Assembly: GCA_907165135.1 (NCBI GenBank)
Contig: OU015567.1
Location: 14,136,001-14,200,000 of the forward strand
Source of the DNA: Oikopleura dioica
Lineage: Eukaryota; Animalia; Chordata
Direction of reading: 5' to 3'
DNA length: 64,000 nt
The notes beneath the pieces are model-generated. The model was not told the origin of the DNA. It saw only the letters and a program-made list of their open reading frames with translations, and ran no database searches. Below are positions 33,111-45,514 of the stretch, one piece after another (within the stretch, counting starts at the first letter, position 1; each line of letters starts with the position of its first letter). Made by a program: the position numbers and the translations under genes.

Positions 33111-35042
33111 TAATAAACTAAGATAAAAAAAATTGTTTTACACTTCATTTTTATTCCAATTGTTTTGTTAAGCACACAATTTTAAAGTTGAATTCTCTTC
33201 ATTTTCAAAAAGATTAAAGATTTCGAGTTTGATTTAAGGAGCCACCAGATGCGCGATTCGCCACTAAATATCTCCTGATTTCTTCGACAATGCTCCTGTC
33301 GTTAACCAACGTTAGAGCTCTCTTTTTGTAGCTTCTCCTTTTGAACTTCTCTTGTCCAGTTGCTAGGTTTTTCAGCTTCTCGCTGAATTCAGTTTTGTCA
33401 GGTTATTTGTATCTGAAAATCGTTTTCTTCAATTCTGCAACTGCCTTGCGATTGATTGTCATCTCATATCGATTTCTCATTGATCGTGCATTCGTTTTCT
33501 AACAAGTCAACCATCTCGCCCACTATGAATTTTCGCAGGGCCAAAAGCCACTTGTTTCGCAAAATTCTAATAAAATTATCAATGCTATTTATTTTGAAGT
33601 CGACTTACTTGATACTTGGGGTAATAAAATTTCCAGTATTGGAGGTGTTTTGACCAGTACTCTTCTAAAGGACCGTAGTTGCTGACGCTCGCCATATTTA
33701 TATTCAAAAGAAGCTTTCCCTTCTGAATGGTCTTTTAGATCCCGTCTCTGATGTCAGAAAGAAGGCGGAAGCATGTCAGTTCGGTCTCTGTTCGTCTAAT
33801 AATGATCTCATCGATTTGGACAGTGCTTTTTTTGGTCGCTGAATGCGAGGCCGGATAGTACAAGGTGTCCTTTCCTTGATTTCTCTGAATTGAATAAGCT
33901 TTTATAGGTCATTTAGAAGCCCCTTTCCTATATGAATAAATTCTCCACCACTTTGTTAATCATCAAAACTTGCAAAAATGTTGCATTTAAAATTTCCTGT
34001 CGAAAAATATACATATTGTAGTGTTTTGAAGAATTTAAAGGGCTGAACCGCGGTTAACCGCGGTCAACCGCTTGGTCGGTCGATCATTTTATTCATGTTT
34101 TGAATTGTTAAAGATAAAACAAGTATAAAACCGTTCATTTAGGCCGAAAACGTAGGAAAAATGACCCCAGATATGCCAATATAGTGATAACAGGTTATGG
34201 CTCTGGAATGCGTAGGCGTTTGTTTTGGCTCGGGTTTCTATACCTTGCGGACTCACTCAGGCCCCAAGCAATCACGTGCAAAAGAGAGAACAAAAAAATC
34301 TAAGGGGAGTTGGCCAGGAGGAGCTCCGCAAGGTAGGTACTTCCGGTCCCAAAAAATTTTTCCCTGACCAAAAATGAAAATTTTTGAAAAAAATCGCGCT
34401 GGTTAGAAACTCTTTTTAGCGCCCAAGAAACACCCTCAAAGTGAAAAAACTGCAAAAAAACGACTTTTCATACCCTGAAATTTTCATTTTTTCTCCCCAA
34501 TACTTGTTTTTAAACCTAGAGCCAGCAAGTTTTAATTTTGAATAATTAAAAATCAACACAATATGAGTGACACTCCAAAAAGTAAGAAATACCGAAATTC
34601 TGATAACGTTATTCAAAGGTCGAGGTTGGAAAAAAGAAATAGAAGAATTGAAGAAGATACTGAAATTTCAGGAGGAAAAGATTATCATGCTCGAGGAAAA
34701 TCAAGTGAAGATGGAGAAAACAATAAAGAAATTAAGAGAGAATCAGAATAAACAGCGAAAGATATGGGAGACACTGAATTGTGCCGCCCTGCGCCGCCCT
34801 GTGCCGCCCAGCCTCACCGGGTTTGAAGATACTTGGTCTTTCAAAGGCCACAATTTAAGCTTTTTGTATCAACTTAGTTATTCTCACTTATTTATATAGT
34901 CAAAAAGTTAAAATAAGTAAAACATATAATTCAGGGTGCCAGTAGCGTAGTTCTCAATCAAATTCAGATCTTGCATAAAATCACTAATTTATTGAGCACG
35001 CGACGGGCCAAAGGCCCTTACGCGTGCATTTTCTGGTAGAGA

Positions 35043-36020
35043 ACTCATTGCCAGGCTTACCGGACTAAATTTCGACCCGTATTTCTAGCTTAGCTGGTTG
35101 GTCATATGACACAGTTTTAGAAAGCCTAGCTTCTGGGCTTTCATTTGGGCACAAATTCAAGGGGTCTGGGTCATGCCCGCAAGGCAATTCATGGGACCTG
35201 AAGTCCCAAAATAGGTACTAAAATCCTTCAAACTAATTTTTCGATGGCCGTCCGGGCTCGAGAGTAGTCAAGAGTCACATATTTAGAAAGCTGAGGCTCT
35301 GAGCTTTCAGTAGAGCTCAAGAAATCTTAGTGCCAAGTGGTTTGTGTCCACCTGGAGGCGCTAGAAGTTGGCGGTAAAAATCCGGAAATGCCGGAAAACT
35401 CGGTTTTTGAGTTCTAAACTCTACAATTATATGTATAAAACATTTATAAACGATAATTCATACATTAAAAAGTTTAACCGCGGTCGAACCGGGTGGTTCA
35501 ACTCTAGAAACCTTCAAAAACATGGAATTATGGCCCACGATGAACCACCCGGTTGACCACCCGGTTCGACCGCGGTTAAACTTTTTAATGTATGAATTAT
35601 TGTTTATAAATGTTTTATACATATAATTGTAGAGTTTACAACTCAAAAACCGAGTTTTCCGGCATTTCCGGATTTTTACCGCCAACTTCTAGCGCCTCCA
35701 GGTGGACACAAACCACTTGGCACTAAGATTTCTTGAGCTCTACTGAAAGCTCAGAGCCTCAGCTTTCTAAATATGTGACTCTTGACTACTCTCGAGCCCG
35801 GACGGCCATCGAAAAATTAGTTTGAAGGATTTTAGTACCTATTTTGGGACTTCAGGTCCCATGAATTGCCTTGCGGGCATGACCCAGACCCCTTGAATTT
35901 GTGCCCAAATGAAAGCCCAGAAGCTAGGCTTTCTAAAACTGTGTCATATGACCACCCAGCTAAGCTAGAAATACGGGTCGAAATTTAGTCCGGTAAGCCA
36001 ATGACTCATTGGCAATGAGT
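35043..36020. mobile_element. Near-perfect ~980-bp foldback palindrome (arms ~455 bp, spacer ~60 bp)
   Basis: 35043-35497 is the reverse complement of 35557-36020 apart from isolated mismatches and a small insertion at the right end. Confidence 0.85.
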
Positions 36021-36172
36021 CATTGGGTTGGCGGGGCCCAACTCTCGCTCTTGTTCAGAACTCTTTCCTAGGTCATGGTTTGGTCGAATGAGAGTCGATT
36101 GGTTCCGGACCGGGCAACGCTGGGCGGCGCAGGGCGGCACAATCCAGTACTCCCCCAAAGATATCGAATGAA

Positions 36173-36887
36173 ATGTCGAAGAAGGCAGAAACATTGGAAT
36201 CAAGTTTCGAAAATATACGAAACGAGTATAATGAGAATTATGTGCACTCATATTCTTCATCAAGTCGTTCCCGTGGCAAAAATACGCAACCAATTCTGTC
36301 AACCAACGGACAGCAATTAATGCAAATCTTGGGCCCGAAAGGTGGTGCGGGACATTTCACTGAAAACGACAGATCTGTTGAACACGGTGGTTACCGCGAT
36401 CATATGACTTCGAAAGAACTAAACAAGATTCTACGGCTACTCTCTCTCGGTCAGAAAACAGTCAATTTTAAATTTAAATGTGAGAACGTTCTTTTTAATG
36501 CTCATGGATGGAGCGTCAAGTTTGAAATCGATAAGGAAGAAAGAGAAATAATAAGTAGAGAATACTTATATGATTATGAAGAGTTTATAGAAAGAACAAA
36601 ACTTGTGACATTTCGTGAATACACTTTTGGTTTAAAGAAAAAAGGTTAATATCCAAGCCTTCAGGATCGCGCAGAGAGAATATGAGACTTAAACAAACAT
36701 CTTCTTAGGAGGAGATCCAAAATTCAATGTTTCTGTCCATAAAATAAATGAGGAGACTGGGGAATCTGACGCTGTTACTCGCCATTCAAAAAGCTTTTAT
36801 GACTACGGATACCAAGTATTCGAATGGTCAGAAAAATGGGAAGAAGAAGAACCTGGCTTTGTTCGTTTTAACGTGACGCTTGATTAA
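36173..36887 (+). CDS. Hypothetical protein, possibly with a divergent MATH/TRAF-like domain
   Basis: 158-codon ORF plus a downstream exon (...HSKSFYDYGYQVFEW...GFVRFNVTLD*); only weak motif resemblance. Confidence 0.4.
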
Positions 36888-37639
36888 AAAAGAAACCATT
36901 CTCATTTACTGAAATTAAAGCTGGAAATTTATCTGTAAAAACTGTTATTTTGATTTTCATAGATGACGAAAACAGTAAAATACTGTATAAAGGGGCTATT
37001 TACTCGGTATCCACGAAATAGTCCATTTTGACGCGCGGACACCTACTGAGAAGACTAATTGCTCCACGAACAATAAATTACTACTAGTCCCCTCTTTGGA
37101 CTGTCCAAGAACATTCTTTGCGAACAAAAGAATTTTAAGAAAACTGAGATTTATTCAGTTAAAGCGCATTTTAAAGCATTTCCATCAGGGTATTGAAATT
37201 ATTTCGCTTGAAGTTGTTCGTGTATTCGGCAGGAAGAACGGCAGGTAGAGGATCGTTGGTAAAAATAAACTTATGGGGACTAAGAATACTTAAATACTTC
37301 GTTTGTTCTGCTAAGAGGCTTGTCTATTATGTTTAACATTTCACCCGGAATTGGGCGGTTTCAATTTAAAACGGAAACGGAAACGGTGCTCGAATCTTGG
37401 GCTTGAAAGATATGTTATAAGATTGTTGTAAGTAACAATACCATTCAACTACTCTTCTTCAAACGTCTAAAAGCTCCGTTAGATAAGAGTTAGGCGGTCA
37501 ATCAAAAGGAACAATCTCCGATTCCAGTACATCCTAAGCTCTTCTTTGGCTCTTCTATAATCGCTTTGGTCCTCCCTTAACCCCTCCAAAATAGAGTCCA
37601 GCCCTTTTTGCGTTATCTAGGTGTCAGTGTCGTAAGCCC

Positions 37640-38800
37640 TCTATCGCGCTGACAGAAGACCAGCAGCTGTGGAAATTTAAAACTGCCAAGAAAACGAAGA
37701 GCTCTAGTCCCTTCCCGGATAGCGGCTGATGAGAAGGTACAGGATCTCGCATTGGATTTGAAGCGTTTTAGCGGCTGAAAATGCCCTTGATGACGGTGGT
37801 TAGCGTGCGGACTTACCTTGAACGACTTCCGGACCCGTGGCGAAATTGGTGGACGATACGCGACGAAAGAGATGAGCCGAAAAACATACAGACAGGTTAA
37901 AGGGATCCATTTTTGACTCTTCGAAACTGCTTACCAGGTGGAAGTGGTAGCTAAAAATTTGGGTTAAACCAATTTATGGAAGTGATTTTATGGATCAGGG
38001 TTTTGATTGGCCGGTAGGCAAAATACAGCGATCTTATTGGTAATCCAAAAATGCACTTCCATAAATTGGTTTAGTCCGAAATTTATATTATAACCCCATT
38101 TACCGAAACCGCTTGACAAGCAAAAAGATGACTCAAAGGCGCTAGAATTGATGATGATTCTCCGTAAACGTACCTGAGGTAATCAATCGTGTCAAAATTG
38201 ATTTTCGGAATGGCTGAAAGGAGCGATCTGCGCGCGGCTGTCAAAACTAATCTCTTATCGAATAGAAGTAGGAAGTCTTTCTTATCAAAAATGAAGGAAG
38301 AAGCCGGTTCCTGAAGTTTCGAATTTGCTCGATGTCGTCTTCCATCGCGACGATTTCTCGGCAGTCTTCGAGGAATTCATCGGACAGGACTGGCTGCGGA
38401 AGTCGGCGGATGAAGTCGATCACCAAGGAAGCTAGGGTTTGGGAGTCGCAGGCTTATCTTTGGTTGAAAACAGGAAAAGAGCGGTTTGACGTACCATTTA
38501 CATGCTCTTTTATGCTTTGTGTTTTGTGGCGCTTGTTGTTTAGGACTTTGATAAGGCGCTCCTGCAGCTGTCGATTGCCAGGAGCACGATAAACACCCAA
38601 CGATTTTTCTGGGCGACGTTCAATCGCAGAACAGCAAATGTCTTAGAATTAAGTTTTATAAACCCTTATCAAGCTCTCTTTTTAAAACTATTAAGATTCA
38701 TAAGGAATTTCAACTTACATAAGACCCTCGGAATTCCACTAATGGTCGGACATTCTTCGAGCGAAATATCAAAGGTTCGCCATTTTTCGTTCTGAGAATG
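37640..38800 (-). CDS. RhoGAP domain protein (multi-exon; ends approximate)
   Basis: Exon translations IPRVLYICCSAIERR..GVYRAPGN, TLASLVIDFIRRLPQPVL, IPKINFDTIDYL, KMDPFNLSVCF, QCEILYLLISRY are successive RhoGAP motifs. Confidence 0.8.
37957..38083. repeat. Small intronic inverted-repeat element in the RhoGAP gene
   Basis: Perfect 19-bp IR aaaccaatttatggaagtg (37966-37984) / cacttccataaattggttt (38054-38072). Confidence 0.7.
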
Positions 38801-38802
38801 AT

Positions 38803-39180
38803 TTAAAGTAACATATATCTATTGTATATTCTTACCTTATTCGTTTTAGGCTGAATATATTCATACATAAGATTCTTATTCTTCCAAACGGCATCTACTT
38901 GTTGCTTCGCCGTATCGTAATTTTTGCGCTGAACATTCTCAACGCTTTGGTAATCTTCCGTAAATTTAAACTGGAACCAGCTTTCAGCGATTCTATCATT
39001 ATGCGGCAATTGCCATCTAACTATTCCGGTGAACATTCGAATGTTAGGATCGAACTTGAAGGACTGAAAAGTACGTGAACTGATGGAAATTAAGCTCTGG
39101 CGAACCATAAAATCATTTCGATTTTCTCCTTTGAAGACATGAGGAGTTGCTTTCAAATCGAAGAAGAAAGTTTCGTCCAT
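38803..39180 (-). CDS. Hypothetical aromatic-rich (beta-type) domain; either a separate gene or the RhoGAP N-terminus
   Basis: 125-codon ORF ending at a gtaag donor; phase to the RhoGAP exon does not fit cleanly. Confidence 0.5.
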   Translation of the reverse strand: MDETFFFDLKATPHVFKGENRNDFMVRQSLISISSRTFQSFKFDPNIRMFTGIVRWQLPHNDRIAESWFQFKFTEDYQSVENVQRKNYDTAKQQVDAVWKNKNLMYEYIQPKTNKVRIYNRYMLL

Positions 39181-41777
39181 TTCCGGGCATTCGTAAACTT
39201 GGCCTGAAAAAAATTATTTTATTCTCGCTCGGTGGCGCTTTTCTAAGGAAAAAATTTCCATACAGGGGTCGGTATCTTTTTTTGCTAAGGTTTTTTCTTG
39301 ACTTTTACCTTGAAGTTTGACCTTCTTCTTCGAAAAAATATTTATCAGCGGTTTCATCGAACAGTAGCAGCGTGACCTGAGAGGTCGTAGTATTACTTCA
39401 AGCGGCTTAATCGCAACTATTCGGAGCTTGACACCGAGGTCTTTCTCTTTTCGATGATTTTACTAAAAGTGTAAAGGAGAATTCACCGATCGGAGTCCTC
39501 TTTTACGCTTGCTTGGAGACTATTCTCCTTACATATTAAAATATATGTAAAAAGAGGGGAAGATAAAAGGCGATAGAGTAAGCTCCCGGCCCATATTTTC
39601 GGGGAAAAAGAGAACAGAGTGATGTTAACAAACTTATAAACAAGGACATAACAAGCTTAAATTTAACAAAGATAAGGAGAATTAAAATTCTCAGAGACTT
39701 GAATTCATTTATAAAATTTATGCCTACATTTATGCTACATTTTATTTTACGCTTGCAATAATTTTTTTCTCTGATTTTTGCCTATTCAAAAAAATAACTT
39801 TAAAACTGCTGGAGCAATTTTAGTGCTTTGTATTCAGCGCGGCGTCATGTCTGACGTCTTTAGCCTACTTCCACAGAGCTCCTTTTATTTCTGAGCTTTG
39901 GTGAAAGGGAAGACTCTTAATTAACTCAAGCACTCGAGAAGTCAGCCTGTTTATATGTATATTATAATTTCTCAGCAGATCTCTAATTAAAATTATTCCT
40001 TATCGTAAAGACGGCTTTTTGAAGTCAATAATAAGGCATGTCTTAGTCTTTATTTGAGGCTCATTTTTTGTTTAAAGTTGTTGTTATTACAGGGAGATAC
40101 AGCTTATTTTTCGTCGAGATGATATTTATCGATCATAATAGAGTTTCTTGAGCGGATAGGAACTTCATCGAGCTTCACGTGATGTCGCTTTATTCCGATG
40201 TAATTGTATTCCTAGAAGGGTAAGGGTAAGGATTCCTAACTAAAGAGAAAGTACCTTTTTCGAGTCATCTGGGTAGCAAAATGCGACGGCAAGTAATATA
40301 GCCCCAATAGCTAGTAAGGGAACTCCAACTACACCTGAAGGGGGATTCAATTTTCGAACTTTATTGTCAATAAATTATTGATCATAAAAAAAGATATTTA
40401 TAGTATGAAATTATTTCTAAACCACCATAACTATCCATCTGATCCCCTTTGATCTAAAAGTTTAATCGTCGCTTTATGAAGTGTAGGAGTGCATATTCTT
40501 TTGAATAACATCTCTTCTCGCATGACTCTTGGCTGTCTTGGGATTTTTTAAAAAAATAAGGACGCTCTGAAATTATGCAAGGACTAATTGAAGACAAACA
40601 TTCGCGTCTGCAAGTGACAAAGCCCGTTTCAAGCAGGAAGGATGACACAATGCGCAGTTCTTCTCCAGCCGCGTTGAATTGTACTCAGCAAGTCGGTTTA
40701 AATCGGAAAGTGGTGTTTTGGGCTCGGTATCCGGATGCTAAAAGAAAACATTACATTTAGGAAGAATGTTTTTGTAATTTCCAGCGAGCGCAATTATTGC
40801 GGGCGCGGATGGATCATCTTCTGGTCTTTTTTGGAACTGCTTGTTTTGCGACATTCCTTTAGATATATTTTTATAACAAAGAAAAACGTGTTTTTCTTCA
40901 CGTCAAAAAGACAGCATATTCCTGCAGTATAATGAGAGTGCCTGATCATTGCCGGCCTTTCAGAAAATGACACTTTACCAGCAGGACAAGGAGTGATGTA
41001 GTTACATTCCGGTTGTGCTCCATGTTCGTCTTCTCCGGGAGAATGAAGCTTTCGCAGAGGCTTGGAATATTTGTAACGTGAGCAAAATACCATCAACTAG
41101 AATCAACTGCTATTCTACAGAATTACAGAATTTTCGAAAGAATGAAACGAAAGTCCTCTATGATCATTTTTACGATCGAAAATTGCTTCAGAATTAAAAG
41201 TTCTGATTCCTTTTTACGACTTCTTCACTCCAATTATTCTTTAAACAAATTCTACTACAACTAAATTTCCTAGCCCTTTCGTAAAAATAACTCCGCCGGA
41301 AAATACAGCTGCTCCGATATAATATAAAATAATCGGCATTTGACAGAAACTCTTCAAAATCATCGTTTTCTTTTGTTTTCGCCTCTTCGCTTTCCGATAT
41401 TCTTTTCTCTCTTATTTTTTACTGCATATGCAAAAAATCAGCTTCCGCTGAAATTGGCGTTTTTGACGTTTTACGTTTCTTTGTAAGTTGAAACTCAATC
41501 CGCCCTGGCGCAGGTTAATGGCAATAATGGCAGCAGACCTTGAGTCGTTAAATTAAAAGCCATGAAGGCCTCCTTGATCAACGAATTTTGAGCAGGACGC
41601 GGAGCATTTTTAATTTTAAGCCGGATCTGCTAAGGAGGATCAATCGAATTTGACAACATAGAGGAATACTGATGGGAATTTTTATTAGGAAATTAAAAAA
41701 ACTGATTTTAAACTATTGCATGAGGGTCGAATAATCTTCGTTTCCTGAGTCTGTTCGTGTTTGCGTAAATACTAGTA

Positions 41778-42184
41778 CAGTCGTTTTCCATCTTTAGAGC
41801 GTTTTTCGGATGACAAGGGTTGACCAAAACGCTCTTAAGTTGGAAAATTTACGATCAAGCAACGATGACAGTGGGAAAAAATGATGCTGAAAATGCATAA
41901 AATGAGCTCTTTCCAAAACTCTAACAATGCATCCGAAGTCATTTTTACCTATTTATGATAAAATATTTTCGATCTTTGAATCAGAGTCACTAATTTCAAC
42001 TAAGAAAAAGCGTATGAACCAGCTTTTTTAAAGATTTTTTCAGGTTGAAATAGACGTTATTCTGATTTGATGATTTAAAATACCCAAAAACGCTCTAAAG
42101 TTGGAATTTTTGCAGATGACAAAATATGGAAAATATTGGCAAAAACGCTCTTAAGTTGGGCGCTCTTAAGATGGAAAACCACGG
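41778..42184. mobile_element. Tc1/mariner-type MITE
   Basis: Imperfect TIR cagtcgttttccatctttagagcg / cgctcttaagatggaaaaccacgg; TA on both flanks; aaaacgctct(t/a)aagttgg subrepeats. Confidence 0.8.
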
Positions 42185-42330
42185 TATACCGTATATTCGA
42201 AAGGTATTTGCTCCTTCAACGATTCTCTTTCCGAATTTCTCCTTCTGTCCGGGCTTGAATCGTTCCCACAGTTCTTGTAAGAAACGACGTTAATAAATAC
42301 TTTGCAATTTTTTGCGAAAGCATTAGAACA

Positions 42331-44165
42331 ATGAAAGAGATAGTATTTTTAATACTTTGCTATGATTATGCTGTGAGGGCTTTCGGCCCTAAAACAGACA
42401 TGGAATGCAAGTAAGCGCCCATCAAAAATAACAGTTATAATTTTCCAACTAAGTGTGCCGGATCTTTATGATCAGTGCTTGACTGAGTGCCGAATGAGCT
42501 ACGTTAATTGTCTTTCTGATTGTGAGAGTTCTTATTGTCATAGCGAATGCTTGGACAATTTTTCATGTAGGACTTTTAACAAAGAAAAATCTTATAATTA
42601 AAAGCTTGTGATTCTTTCTGTCCGTGTGGACTTCAATGTCCTGGTGGCTGCGATAACTGTGAAAATTATCTTTGCGAGAATTCTTGCGAAAACGCCCAGG
42701 AGGAAAATGAGGAGTATCGAGTCTGCTTGCTTCTAGCTCTTGAAAAATTTGTAAGAAACCTCTTATCTTCACGTATTAATTCGATTCTCAGAATGTATGC
42801 TCCAAAGAGTGTCAACCAACGAACGACTGTTTCAATGATTGTTATGATCAGTACCTTGATCAAATGGCATTGTGTCCTTGTTTTAATGAAGAGGTTAACA
42901 GCGGAACGCATGGGAAATTTAAAAATACCGCGCTCATGTGGGCTTGTTTTTTATGAATTTATATTCAAATAGAAGTATATAATTATATATATATATATTA
43001 TATATATAATAAATAAATAAATATTTTATTGAAGGTAAATTCAACTCCCTCTACTACAACAACGAAACCCCCCTCGATTTCTCCGGTAAACCAGTTTTTT
43101 AATTTTTTATTATAAGACGACATTAAGGAGGAAACTGCAATCATGATTCTTCTGAGTAGCGGTATCTCGAACTCATATGTCATATCTGGAGACGGAGTGT
43201 CATCTTATCAACCGAGCATCACAGCACCTTCAGACAATTATGTTTACGAAGGAGCATCTTATGCTGTTCTTTATGATAAGCTTCACATTTTTAGTGGAGG
43301 AGATAACAGGCAAAAAGTTTATTTTTGTAATAATATCAGCTAAGAAATGCTTATTAGATCGCACGACTTGAAGGGTGCAATTTCATTCAACTTTCAGCAG
43401 AATTAAGCTTTTATTCTCGAGGTGCTCCTCCGGCTACTCTTGCGTTGTATGGTGGTACCGAAGGTAAGTTTTATTATTTTGGGTTAAGTTTGATTGAGTT
43501 AAAAAAGCATTATTATGCTTTCCTGAAAATAGCGAACTCGCCAATTTATGTGATAAATTTGATGGCACCACTTGCTCTCCAACGAATTCTTCTAAATTCA
43601 CTCATGCAACTGGTTATCTTGCTTTTTACGAAGGTAACCCAACGACAGTTGGAAGCTGGTGCTCAGACGGAAACACAAAAGTCGAGACATTTAGAAATAA
43701 TCAATGGACTAGTCTCGTCGACCATCCAACGTAAATGCTTTAATTTTCGGAAGCTATTGTATTTTTGATAAGAGGCTCTTCGCGCCATGGCCTTGTTGGC
43801 TTGGATTCTGGTTCTTTGCTTCTTATAGGGGGAGATAGCGATAGCACCAAGAAGAATATTTGGCGGCTCGAAAACCAAGAATGGACCCTGGATGGAACTT
43901 TACAAAAAGTAATTATTAACACAATATCTGAGACAGAAAAATTTTTAAGGGAGTTTACAATTATTCCTCAATCAAGATTGGAGCATCGGTTTATGTGATT
44001 CCCGGTGACAGCACCGATAATTACGAGTTGCAGCGCATAGACTTGGATGAAGAAGACAAAATCGAAAATTTAGAAACAATTGGGAGCCACGATGGATTGG
44101 ATGTTTGGCCTGTCTTGTATCACGTAACGTTTGACTTTTGTAACAATCGCTATAAATTTAATTAA
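42331..44165 (+). CDS. Secreted protein with a Cys-rich N-region, Thr-rich linker and Kelch/galactose-oxidase-like beta-propeller
   Basis: Signal peptide MKEIVFLILCYDYAVRA; CxxxC repeats; GG motifs (LHIFSGG, LLLIGG..IWRL); many short introns. Confidence 0.75.
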
Positions 44166-44669
44166 TTTATAATAAAATTTTGTATGAAAAAGCTAATTTG
44201 CCCTCAAGTAGGTTTTGTTTCAGTTATTCTGATTGGAGTTTTTCGTTGTCTATTTTCGTTCTAGATTTCAACTAGAATCGCGTCAGTATTCTGAGTTTAT
44301 TTGTAGTCAATTCAACTTTGTCAAACAGCAAGGGTATATTTTTCTTGCTCTCAAGCCTCAAGGTCCATTTATGGCAAAGTGCCAGGTGCATCGCTATCCA
44401 AGACAAAGCGCTTTTGCCCCACGAAAGTCGCTCTTACCCTCGCTTTTCTGACCCCTCAAGAATTTGATCCTTTTCTGATCCAAAAGAGAAACGAAACCAA
44501 ATCCTCTTCTGAGAGAAAACAATATCAGAAACTTGCGAAAAGAATCAAAATTGATTGATCCACTTTTTGAGCAATTTTCACGCCTTTTTTGCAAGTGCGA
44601 ACATGTGACTTGAAAAGCTAAAAACTACCCAGAAAATTTCTTTCAAAACAATTTGTTTGGAGAGAAAAA

Positions 44670-45451
44670 ATGAGTGTACCTCAAAATCTCCTGGAGCTGC
44701 TGCGAAAAGAAGTCGATCAATTTTCAAGTGCAAATGAACAAAATTCAAGCGCGCTAGAACGATTCGATATCAACACAGCCTATGCAAAGTTTGACTTTAT
44801 TCCAAGATATGAGTTTGAACTCGAAGTTTTTCAAAATGATGGTAAGTTTGAAGCTTCAAAAGTGTTCGGTAGTCTTAGTCGAGCGCTCTCAGTTCTGTTG
44901 TAGCCGAAAAATGGTCTGATGAATAATTTAGAGCTGGAAATCTTGTGCGAATCCAAAGTCGACCGAGATTGGGCAGTAGTACGCCTAAAAGCCGAAAAAG
45001 ATCGCCTTGGAATTTTACCGCTTACTTACATAAAGGTACTGATCATATTGAAGAAAAAGGCTAAACAATCCATTCACTAGGCGGCCGAAAGATTTGGCCT
45101 AACGTCAGGAGCGGATTTCTACCCGGAAATTGAAAATATAAAAGACAAAGAGCGAATCTGGCTATTGGAAGCGAAACTGGCTCAAGCTGAGAGCAGGATC
45201 AAACAAGTCGAGGGGCAAATGCATGAGCTGAGACAACAGGTTTGACGAAAATACTGATGGAGATCTCATTTGTCTTTCAGGTGGACTCGTACGAAGCTTG
45301 TGTCGTTTGCGTTCAGCCGGTTAAAAATGGAAGAATGGCGCTTTCATGCGGACATACGTTTTGTAAAGACTGTACAGACCATTTTTGGAAAGAACGAAAA
45401 TGCCCTGTTTGCAATCAAAGACCAAACGGGCTTTTTCATCTTCATTTGTAG
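44670..45451 (+). CDS. Small SH3 + coiled-coil + C-terminal C3HC4 RING protein
   Basis: AYAKFDF..ELEV..W..G.LPLTYI (SH3); CVVC..LSCGHTFCKDC..CPVC (RING); 3 introns. Confidence 0.8.
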
Positions 45452-45514
45452 AAAATAAAAGCAAAAAAGAATAGTGACATTGTAACTTCGTATTTAATGA
45501 CTAACAGAGAGAAG

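Larger units (their letters stand above)
28298..34499. mobile_element. 6.2-kb element bounded by 986-bp near-identical inverted repeats (28298-29283, 33514-34499) with degenerate internal genes
   Basis: Arms align base for base with only a few mismatches seen; no TSD found at the outer ends. Confidence 0.75.

Noticed and set aside
28298-34499. Maverick/Polinton identity for the long-IR element
   Set aside because: No pPolB, retroviral-like integrase, ATPase or capsid remnants seen; no 6-bp TSD or AG-repeat termini.
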